Shown: positions 24,560 to 35,400 of the stretch, in pieces
How positions within the stretch are numbered: the first letter of the stretch is position 1
Layout: every line of letters starts with the position of its first letter
Origin: Macrostomum hystrix
Taxonomy: Eukaryota > Animalia > Platyhelminthes
Direction of reading: 5' to 3'
NCBI GenBank assembly: GCA_950097015.1
Contig: CATNEN010000003.1
Coordinates: forward strand, 12,834,001-12,898,000
DNA length: 64,000 nucleotides
The notes under the pieces: model-generated
The model's database searches: none
Told to the model about the DNA's origin: nothing
The model's input: the letters and a program-made list of their open reading frames with translations, nothing else
Program-made: the position numbers and the translations under genes

Positions 24560-27149
24560 ATGTTTCGTTTAAACACTCTGCTCAAACTGTCCGTCACAAT
24601 TCTGGCCTTCGCTCTGAGCGCCTTCCTGCTTGGCAACGGTTTTCCACCTAGCAACAGACTCAACACTCCGAACTCTGTTCCCGAAGCTAATCGGCAGCAT
24701 TTTCTCAGCGCTCCTGCTCCCGCTGCGGTTGCTTCTTCAAGTCGGGGAGAAATCGACTCAATTAATCGTCGAATTTCGGCGCTTGAAGCTCGTCAGTTCC
24801 CACCAGTGGCCCACCTCGATTGGAGACAGAGGCGCAGAGTTCTCATCACCGGCGGCGCCGGTTTCGTTGGAAGCCACCTCGCCGACGCGCTAATGAAAGC
24901 CGGTCACACAGTCATTGTGGCCGATAATTTCTTCACTGGCCGGCGAGAAAATATCGAGCACTGGATTGGTCACAAAAATTTCGAATTACTGCACCACGAC
25001 ATTGTCAATCCGCTGTTTATAGAAGTAAGGGCCAAATGAAATTTTTTAATTTCACTGTTTTCTACGTTCCTTATCCCTATATCTTTCAGATCAAAATACT
25101 TCATCTTCCCTTATCCAAATCCCTAGTGATGCCTGATTTTACCACTAATCTTATCAGACACAAATACAGGGTCTTCTGATTTAGAATCTTCTAATTCCTA
25201 ATCTTCCGAATCCCTGAATCCCTGATCTTCCTAATCCCTAATCTTCCTAATCCCTAATCTTCCTAATCCCTGAATCCCTAATCTTCCTAATCCCTAATCT
25301 TCCTAATCCCTGAATCCCTAATCTTCCTAATCCATGAATCCCTAACTTTTCTAATCCCAGAATCCCTAATCTTCCTAATCCCAAATCCCTATTCCTGCCG
25401 ATCCCCGATTCCCAAAATCCTCAAGTCTCCCTATTACCCAATCCTCAGTCTTTAAAGCTCCCCCTATACGCAACCACGATCCCCAAAACAAAGGTCAATC
25501 CCGATTCTCAATCCCTGAACCCCAGGTGGACCAGATCTACCACCTGGCATCGCCCGCCAGCCCTCCAAACTACCAGCTGAACCCGGTGAAGACTCTGAAG
25601 ACCAACCTGATTGGCACCATCAACATGCTGGGCTTGGCCAAGCGCACCAAGGCCCGCCTCCTGCTGGCCAGCACCTCCGAGGTCTACGGCGATCCAGAGC
25701 GGCACCCGCAGTCCGAGGACTATTGGGGAAATGTTAATCCCATCGGACCGAGGTCCTGCTACGATGAGGGCAAGCGAGCGGCTGAGGCGCTGTGCTACGC
25801 TTACAAACGGTGAGCATTGTGCAGGGATCTCAGAGTCTGCTTCAATATCCAGATTTCTCACTCATCCCAGATCCCATTTCTCTTTTAATCTCAGATCTCC
25901 TGATCCCCTTTGGGAATCCAGTAACAGCAAATATACGAGGGCTTTTTTGTATCTATCGTTATCTATTTTTCTGGAAAAAAAATTAGGTCCCTATCTATCC
26001 CTGGTCGCCAATTTTCATTCCAATCCTATCATCCTATGCTGCCGATCCCATCTTCCCCAGCTGACAATCCCATCTACGCAGCTGTCAATCCCATCTTCCC
26101 AGCTGTCAATCCCATCTTCCCAGCTGTCAATCCCATCTTCCCCAGCTGACAATCCCATCTACACAGCTGTCAATCCCATCTTCCCAGCTGTCAATCCCAT
26201 CTTCCCAGCTGTCAATCCCATCTTCCCTAGCTGTCAATCCCATTCCCAGCTGTCAATCCCATCTTCCCTAGCTGTCAATCCCATCTTCCCCAGCTGTCAA
26301 TCCCATCTTCCCCAGCTGCCAATCCCATCTCCCCAGCTGTCAATCCTATCTTTCCCAGCTGCTAATCCCATCTCCCCAGCTGCCAATCCCATCTCCCCAG
26401 CTGTCAATCCCATCGTCCCCAGCTGCCAATCCCATCTTCCCTAGCTGTCAATCCCATCTCCCCAGCTGTCAATCCCATCTTCCCCAGCTGCCAATCCCAT
26501 CTTCCCAAGCTGCCAATCCCATCTTCCCCAGCTGTCAATCCCATCTTCCCCAGCTGCCAATCCCATCTCCCCAGCTGTCAATCCCATCTTCCCCAGCTGC
26601 CAATCCCATCTTCCCTAGCTTTTAATCCCATTCCCAGCTGCCAATCAACTCCGCCCTTGCACTTCCCGCAGCCGCAGCAACGTGGACATTCGAGTAGCCC
26701 GCATCTTCAACACCTTCGGGCCCCGAATGCAGATGAACGATGGTCGCGTTGTGAGCAACTTCATCCTGCAGGCCCTCAGAGGCCAGCCGCTGACTGTCTA
26801 TGGCCAAGGCGAGCAGACCCGGTCGTTTCAGTACGTGACGGATTTGGTGTCGGGTCTCATTGCCCTGATGTCTAGCAATTATTCTCAGCCAGTAAATCTG
26901 GGTAATCCTGATGAGCACACCATAAGCGAGTTTGCTCAAACTGTGCTCACTCTAGCCAACTCAAGCTCCCCAGTGCATCGCTTGCAACCCGCCAAAGATG
27001 ACCCACATCGACGCAAGCCGGATATCTCGGTTGCTAAGCGAGAGCTTGGTTGGCAACCGAGTGTATTGCTAAGAGATGGCCTGCTGCAGACAATTCATTA
27101 TTTCAGGCATCGCTTGAGTGTGGATGAGGTGCATCCTAACGAGCTTTGA
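24560..27149 (+). CDS. UXS1: UDP-glucuronate decarboxylase 1 (UDP-xylose synthase); exons 24560-25024, 25526-25809, 26672-27149
   Basis: TM anchor; [15 protein letters not shown]; [13 protein letters not shown]; [10 protein letters not shown]; RSCYDEGKR; [10 protein letters not shown]; TRSFQYV; [10 protein letters not shown]; GT-AG junctions in phase. Confidence 0.96.
25195..25400. repeat. Intronic minisatellite (CCTAATCCCTAATCTT variants), UXS1 intron 1
   Basis: Tandem repeats. Confidence 0.88.
26040..26645. repeat. 22-23-bp intronic minisatellite (CCCAGCTGTCAATCCCATCTTC), UXS1 intron 2
   Basis: Tandem repeats. Confidence 0.94.
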
Positions 27150-27329
27150 CCTGAGGATTTCACTGCCAAATGGATGAGCTGTGCTTTTTTGAGTTCTAAT
27201 GAGCTAATTTTTCACTGAATGCCAGGAGTGAATTGTGCCCGTTAACATTTTTGTGATCTAAATTGTTTTGAGGCCCATGTTTTTCCTCAGAATTGCTGCA
27301 ACAGTAAAGTTACGCCTTACTTGATAAGA

Positions 27330-27641
27330 GGTTGTAGCCTAGTGGTTAGGGCGTCGGACTAACGACTTGAAGGTCGGGGGTTCGATTCCTGACTCCACTG
27401 AAACAATTTGTGTCCTTTAGCAAGACACTTAACTCTGCATTGCTTCAGTTCACCCAGCTGTTAAATGGGTACCATCATCAGCTGGGATAATTGAAGGTGG
27501 GTGTGGCGTCCCCCCAGTCCATGGACTGAACAGCCGTACGCAGCCTTCAGATGCGCCGCGCAATAGCTGCGGCTGTGCTGTCGGCTGCACATCTGGCCCG
27601 ATTGGGACAGGTGTAATCAATTATTATTATTATTATTATTA
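27330..27641 (+). mobile_element. SINE family A full-length copy (tRNA-Val-like head, CORE-like domain, (ATT)n tail) with 9-bp TSD
   Basis: A box TAGCCTAGTGG, B box GGTTCGATTCC, CORE-like TGTGTCCTTTAGCAAGACACTTAACTCTG..CTGTTAAATGGG; TSD TTGATAAGA at 27321-27329 and 27642-27650; empty site in the paralog near 7460-7472. Confidence 0.93.
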
Positions 27642-28302
27642 TTGATAAGAAAGTAACGACCCGTAGATAAAAAAACGAATCTAAGTAACGTGCCCAATGC
27701 TTGTCCTATAAAAATAAGCATTAATAGCATCATTGTCAATGCTATTGTAATTAATATTCTTGCATGGCTGTATACTATTTGAGTTGCTAAGCGTCTAAAT
27801 TTCTCATCTGTTTAAGTTAAAAGATTTGCAAGTTTTTAGCTTGTCACAATGTTATCATGTACTCGTAGCATTTTAGCGATTTGACGCAAACAAGTTTTTG
27901 TTAAATTTCTGCAACCTTTTCGTTTTGTTTATAATAACCAGTTATATTTAAAATGGTTTATGATAACTTTCTAGTTCTGTTTCCTTTCAAACACTTGGTG
28001 CATTGTGTATACAATAGATTGTATCTGGAAGCTCCTGAGTTATTTTAAGGCGCCTCTCTGTTTAATAAAAACGGTCACTTGTCGTTTCTTTGTTATTAAT
28101 ATCGGAAATATCTTGAATTTGGCATTCTGGTTAAATTGGGCTTCTTTTCAGTGTTATTTTTCTCTTTTTTTCCCATTCTTTTCTGTTTGAGTTCAGAGTT
28201 GGAAATGTATTTATAAAATATAATCTGATTATTAATTAGATATTGGACAACAACTTTTAATTGTTGGAATTCGTTTTTTTCTGATTGTTACTAGCGGAGT
28301 GA

Positions 28303-29315
28303 GGGAGAGTCAGTAGAGAGTGGGGGAGAGTCAGTAGAGAGTGGGGGAGAGTCAGTAGAGAGTGGGGGAGAGTCAGTAGAGAGTGGGGGAGAGTCAGTAG
28401 AGAGTGGGGGAGAGTCAGTAGAGAGTGGGGAGAGTCAGTAGAGAGTGGGGGAGAGTCAGTAGAGAGTGGGGGAGAGTCAGTAGAGAGTGGGGGAGAGTCA
28501 GTAGAGAGTGGGGAGAGTTAGTAGAGAGTGGGGGAGAGTCAGTAGAGAGTGGGGAGAGTCAGTAGAGATTTAGGAGAGTCAGTAGATTGTGGGGGAGAGT
28601 CAGTAGAGAGTGGGGAGAGTCAGTAGAGATTGGGGAGAGTCAGTAGAGAGTGGGGAGAGTTAGTAGAGAGTGGGGAGAGTCAGTAGAGAGTGGGGGAGAG
28701 TCAGTAGAGAACGGGGGAGAGTCAGTAGAGAGTGGGGTAGAGTCAGTAGAGAGTGGGGGAGAGTCAGTAGAGAGTGGGGTAGAGTCAGTAGAGAGTGGGG
28801 GAGAGTCAGTAGAGAGTGGGGAGAGTCAGTAGAGAGTGGGGGAGAGTCAGTAGAGAACGGGGGAGAGTCAGTAGAGAGTGGGGTAGAGTCAGTAGAGAGT
28901 GGGGGAGAGTCAGTAGAGAGTGGGGGAGAGTCAGTAGAGAGTGGGGGAGAGTCAGTAGAGAGTGGGGGAGAGTCAGTAGAGAGTGGGGAGAGTTAGTAGA
29001 GAGTGGGGAGAGTCAGTAGAGAGTGGGGGAGAGTCAGTAGAGAACGGGGGAGAGTCAGTAGAGAGTGGGGTAGAGTCAGTAGAGAGTGGGGGAGAGTCAG
29101 TAGAGAGTGGGGGAGAGTCAGTAGAGAGTGGGGGAGAGTCAGTAGAGAGTGGGGGAGAGTCAGTAGAGAGTGGGGGAGAGTCAGTAGAGAGTGGGGGAGA
29201 GTCAGTAGAGAGTGGGGGAGAGTCAGTAGAGAGTGGGGGAGAGTCAGTAGACGGTGGGGGAGAGTCAGTAGACGTTGGGGGAGAGTCAGTAGAGAGTGAG
29301 GGAGGGTCAGTAGAA
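28303..29315. repeat. 21-bp G-rich minisatellite (GAGAGTCAGTAGAGAGTGGGG) just upstream of the TMEM94 start
   Basis: Tandem repeats; explains the ESVESGG/GRVSREW ORFs. Confidence 0.97.
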
Positions 29316-29417
29316 ATCAGATCACCTGACACGAAGAGCATTGTGACAAGCATTGCTGATGATGTCAAAATCTATATTCAGATGGTTGTGCAATACTCGA
29401 CTGTTTGCCGAAGTTAG

Positions 29418-32400
29418 ATGCTTCACCCCGACAACCCGGATGCCGTCATGCCCTTCCCCTTGACGGAATCCGACAAGCGGGTCGGCTTGAAAACTTCGAT
29501 CGCTTTGCAACGACTCGCTGAAGAGGTCGACGCTGTTCGGCGGAGTTCGTTTCGAAAATGGCGCTTCAGTCTGGCGAGTTTTCGGCGACATCCGCCTATC
29601 GCTCTGTCTCATGTGCTAGTCAACCTGACTGTCTGGACTGTCCTGCTCATTGCCGCGGCCATCACCGACAGGCCTGAGGAGTGAGTCCGCCTGTCTGCCT
29701 ACCTGTCTGTCCACCTGTCTGTCCACCTGTCTGCCTACCTCTCTGCCCACCTGTCTGCCCACCTGTCTGCCTAACTGTCTGCCTTCCTCTCAGCTGCCTA
29801 CCTGACTACTACCCTTTACCTACCTCTCTATTTACCCTCTTTTTTACTTGTCTACTACCTTCTTCCTCTGCCTCCTTACTCACCTGTCTGTCTCTTCAAA
29901 ACAATCAACCCGCAGTTTTCTACCAGCCGGCGCGATGGCCGCCCTGCTCACAGCCATGCTTTTGCTCATCTTTACAAACGTAGCCGTGGCCCTGCTCATC
30001 GACTGGCTGTCGCACAATGGCGTTGATAGAAAAATTCAACACCTCTGCGCCGATTTAGCCGGTAATAATTGGAGACCTTCTGAATGATATTTTTATATTT
30101 ATATACATTTAATATTGAAATCCGGCGATTTCTGAAATAAACTTCGTTAGTTAAATAATTTCGTTAAGTTATATTTTTGATTAGTTAGTTTCTGTCGGTT
30201 TATTCGTTAAATCCCGCTAAAAAATAAGGATGTTTCTTTGGGTGATTCCAGTTGGAATCTGCGGTGTTTCCAGAAAAAGAAACAGCCGAACGGTGGAAAC
30301 ATACCAATCGGATGATTCCATGCTTAGAATCTACCCAACTGGGCGTTTTCTCGGTGCTTCTTGGTGGCGAAATGGAATCACCCAAAGATTCCTCCAGTTC
30401 GGAAGATTCCATGCTCAGAAACCGCTGAGGAATCGCCAGTAAATAATTCTCTGGTTGTCCCATGGGCCACTGGTTCGGGTGATTCTTCGGCGGTTTCTGC
30501 ACAATTTACGGTTACATCGGCTGCTTCCTGGGTGGTTTCTTTAACTCTTGCGAGATAGGGGGGATTTTCGTAGATTCCACTCCTATTTTGCACAAAAAAC
30601 CCGCCGAAGAAGCAGCCGATTTTTTTACAGGGATTGTTGCGAGAAATTTTTTTCGTTAGTTCTTTGATTCTGATTCTATGAATCATTAACTGCGTTAATT
30701 GTTTCGAAATTTCCTTTTGTTTATTTCGTTAATTTTTATTGTTAGATTCGTTACTTTAATTTCTTTTATTCGTTTGTTTCTATGATTACAATTTTATTGT
30801 GATTGTTTATTTGTATATCAGGATTGTTAAAGTTTTTTACTAGGATTTTTAATTCGTTAACTTCGACTGTTAAATTCGTTATTTTTACAGAATAATTTTT
30901 TAAATTAAAAAGTTCTTCTTATTTATGATTGAAAATTGGCAATTTCTGTAATAAAAATAAAAGTGCATTTTTAGCACTTGCAATTCGCTTTTCGCAACCA
31001 GTTTTCTCCCCTCCCCCCAGAGTACGCCCGCACGGTGTCCTGGTCGCCAAGAACAGCCTACACCGATCTGAACGCCCCCACCGTGTCCACCGTCCACTGC
31101 CACTGGACAGTCCGCGACGGCTGCCTAGTTAACCTGCCCGCCATTCTCCTAGTCAGAGATGACGTCATCTACGTCAGGCCCGGCTCGGCATTCAACGTGC
31201 ACTGCTGTGAGCTGCCACAACCGTCGGCTTCTACTTCAGTCAGATCGTTTGAACCCGACGATCGGTACCTGCCGGTGCTGCACGACCCAACCAGGCGATC
31301 GCTCGGCCGGCCAGTGTCCCACCGGGTCCTGCCGCCTCTGCGCTGCCGCGTCAAACTGACGCCCGCCGTTGATTTTGTGCGCGACTTTTTAAACCTGCAC
31401 ATTCGCGGCCAGTCGGATCTGGACGCCCTGTTCGCCAGGGGCTGTCGAGCCTGCCTGGCCTGCGTTGGTATCGTGTTCGCCCTGTGCCTAGCCGCCGCTC
31501 TAGCTAAGAGACACTTCATCGGTGAGGATTCGGTGAGTTTTTTGTTCACTTATCTGCGACTCGATTATCTCAAAAGAGAGGTCAGGAGTTCGAATCGAAG
31601 TCAAAATTTTAACATGTTTTTTTCATATTATCTGTATCTTACTAACTATTCAACTAATCGCTATGAATAACGTCGGGTTGTCTGGTGACATTAGCATAGC
31701 TTGGTCTTCCTACTGTTAAGAAAGAAACTTAATTTAAAATTGCTTTAATTGGTCCAGCTGTAAAACTGATGGATTTTGGTTGTACGTCTGTAATATCTTT
31801 TCCATCTACTTTAAGTAGTAACTTGTGATTTTGTGTGGCAGCCTCCCAGCCCACAAATCCGGATGGAAATTTTCATATGTTGCATGATTTAACTTTGATT
31901 AATCAGGTATCCGCAGCGTATGCCCTGGCCTTCCCCTGTCTGGCGTCCCTGCCCATCCTGCTGCTGACCTGTCCGCCATTGTGGCACGCTTTGAACCTGT
32001 GGGAGCTGGCTAAAGCTCTCGTGCATGTTCACGTGACCAGCTTAAGTAGCGACGAGATCCGGCAGCCGGACAGGCCACAATCGATGGACAGCCTGACAGA
32101 GTCCATTGGCTCACTGTCCGATCTGGAGACACGCGATGGCACCGCCTCGGCGTCTATTGTCGCCGGATGGCAGGAGGCATTCGATAAACTGATGTACCTC
32201 GTCACTGACAATGCCGAGATTGATTGGAAGCTTGTTCACTCATTTGGCACAATGTCCCGGCTCTGCTGCGCTGATAAGGTCAGTTTGAGCACGGTTGAGC
32301 AGTGTTTGAGATACCTGTTCTAGGTTTGAGCAGTATGTTCTGGTGATACCTGTTCTAGATTTGAGCAGTATGTTCTGGTGATACCTGTTCTAGGTTTGAG

Positions 32401-35400
32401 CAGTATGTTCTGGTGATACCTGTTCTAGATTTGAGCAGTATGTTCTGGTGATACCTGTTCTAGGTTTGAGCAGTATGTTCAGGAGATACCTGTCCTAGGT
32501 TTGAGCAGTATGTTCAGGAGATACCTGTTTTAGGTTTGAGCAGTATGTGTCAGGAGATACCTGTTCTAGGTTTGAGCAGTATGTTCTGGTGATACCTGTT
32601 CTAGGTTTGAGCAGTATGTTCTGGTGATACCTGTTCTAGGTTTGAGCAGTATGATCTGGTGATACCTGTTCTAGATTTGAGCAGTATGTGTCAGGAGATA
32701 CCTGTTCTAGGTTTGAGCATTATGTGTCAGGAGATACCTGCCCTAGGTTTGAGCAGTGTGAGCAGTGATGCCTGTTCCTAACTGTGCGCACATGTCGCCA
32801 TACCGCAGGAGGGCATTCTGAGCCTGCCCATTCCGCTGCCAGACAAAGTCTGCTTCTTACGCCGCAAGCATCGCCATCGCAATCCGGCGCAACGCAAAAA
32901 ATCTGACATCAGCCTCCAGACATCCGGCGGCGGTACATCGGAGGCCATCGCCCTGATGGACACGGAGGCGCATGTCCACGTCTTGGACGTGTCGCACGAT
33001 CCTAAAATAGCTTACCGTCTAGACTTTGACGATCCGCATTGGCGTCGCTATCTGAAGTCTTTGAAACCGCTCGGCCTAGCCATACTGCTCAACAACTGTC
33101 ACCCCTCTGTGCGGCCCAGTTACGACGCGTTCGCGCATCACGTGACCGCCGTCACCCTGCCGGACGATCCGCACGCCAGCGTCAATAAGCGGCGCTGCCT
33201 GTGCGACCTGGCTAGACTGGTTGGCTTCATAGAGACTGCCAGGGATCCGTTTAGTCTGCAGTTCACTTTAGGCACCTATCAACAGGTGATCATTCTTTGC
33301 TGATTGGCTAACCCGATAAGTTTTGTCCGATTTTTTGATTGATTTTTTTCATATACTCTATGTCGTCAGATTACCATAAATATCGTTATTTAGACCTCCG
33401 TTAATTACAATTAGATCTGATTATGCTTGAGCAGTGTGAGCAGGGATTCCTGTTCTAGATTTGAGCAGTATAGCAGGGAGTCCTGTTCTAGATTTGAGCA
33501 GTATAGCAGGGAGTCCTGTTCTAGATTTGAGCAGTATAGCAGGAAGTCCTGTTCTAGATTTGAGCAGTATAGCAGGGAGTCCTGTTCTAGATTTGAGCAG
33601 TATAGCAGGAAGTCCTGTTCTAGATTTGAGCAGTATAGCAGGAAGTCCTGTTCTAGATTTGAGCAGTATAGCAGGGAGTCCTGTTCTAGATTTGAGCAGT
33701 GTGAGCAGGGATCCCTGTTCTAGATTTGAGCAGTATGAGCAGGGATTCCTGTTCTAGATTTGAGCAGGGAATCCTGTTCTGTGTTTGACCAGTGTGAGCA
33801 GGGCAGTGGTTGAGGAGTGTGAGCAGGGAGTCCTGTTCTGTTGTTGAGCACTGTGAGCAAGGATGCCTGTTCTAGAGTTAAGCAGTGTGAGCAGGGATCC
33901 CTATTTTATGGTTGAGCAGTATGAGCAGGCAGTCCTGTTGCGCAGTTACGACGTAAAATATTAGAAATGTGCAGTTATTTAAATTGCATGTCAATATAAA
34001 AATGTCGTTTCTGAAATTGCCATTCGACATTCTACACACCGCAGGCTAGCAAAGAAGATCAAGCCAAAGATCAGTTTCTTAGGTTGCTAAGCGCTCTACG
34101 TCAGAAGGCTCCGATAGGACACACGTTTGGCTGCGCCGTACAGCAGAGGCACCTGGGGGGACAGTATTTTGTGCAGGGCTCAGCCGATATGCTCGTTTCT
34201 GAGCTGTGCTCAGATTATTGGAATGGCAGCTCAGTGGCTCAGCTGACTGAGGTGAGTTTGGATGCTGATTAGAGTAGCTTGACTTGAGTTTGAGTAACTT
34301 GGTTTGATTTTGAGTAGCTTCAATAAAGTTTGAGTATCTTGGCTTGAGTTTGAGTAGCTTCAATAAAGTTTGAGTAGCTTTATTTGAGTTTATGTAGCTT
34401 GACTTGAGTTTGAGTAACTTGGTTTGATTTTGAGTAGCTTCAATCAAGTTTGAGTAGCTTGGCTTGAGTTTGAGTAGCTTGGCTTGAGTTTGAGTAGCTT
34501 CAATTGTGTTTGAGTAGCTCCAATTGTGTTTGAGTAGCTCCAATTGTGTTTGAGTAGCTCCAATTGTGTTTGAGTAGCTCCAATTGTGTTTAAGTAGCTT
34601 CAATTGTGTTTGAGTAGCTTCCATTGTGTTTCAGTAGCTTTAAATCGATTTTGAATAGCTTGAACTGTGTCTGAAAAGCTTCAATGGAGTTTGAATTTGA
34701 GTTGCTTGAGGTTGAGGTTTGAGGTTGAGGTTGAGTTAGCTCGGGTGTTGAGCTAGCTTGCCGTTAATCCCGCAGCTGGACCGTAAGCGCCTGCTGAATT
34801 TCTACAGCCGGCACAGCTACTCAAGCTACTGCGACGCTTTCGCTTACACGCCTGTGCTCAACAAGATCTCTCCTAGCAGCAGCGGCAGCGGTGACAGATG
34901 CGTTGAGCTGCCACCGTTTCGACTCAGCGCCGAGGAAGCCGAAGATCCGCCGACGCCGATGCACTCCGGTGGGGCGCCCCTGTCGAGAACATTCAGCGCC
35001 GAGACCACGTTGAATCGATCTTCGAATCTGTCCTTGACAGACGTGGACGCTTGTCTGAGCATCCAGAGCGGCCAGGTGTTTCTCGGCTTGGTGGCATCGC
35101 AGTTTCAGGCCAACTCCGACATGGTTCGCCTGATCGACCAGCTGGAACTGGGCTGCATTCGCTTCGTGTACTTCAGCGAGGAGAACGAACTGCGCAGTCG
35201 AGGATTCGCCGAACGATTGGGGCTCGAGTCCGGCTGGAATTGTCACATCTCGCTGCGGAGCGACTCCTGCGTTGGCAGCCGGGTGACTGTCACGGCCGAG
35301 AGGGATGCGGCTACTGCGGGACTCACTGTGAGACTTAAGCGATTGCGGAGATGGGATTTCGTTGGTTTCCGCATTGGAAATTTCATATTTTTTGGGTTTC

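Noticed and set aside
27330-27400. tRNA-Val gene (also 9590-9660)
   Set aside because: Acceptor and anticodon stems are imperfect, and the sequence continues into a CORE-like body, tail and TSD; it is a SINE head
28650-29417. ESVESGG / GRVSREW repeat proteins
   Set aside because: Frames of a 21-bp minisatellite with frequent single-base shifts
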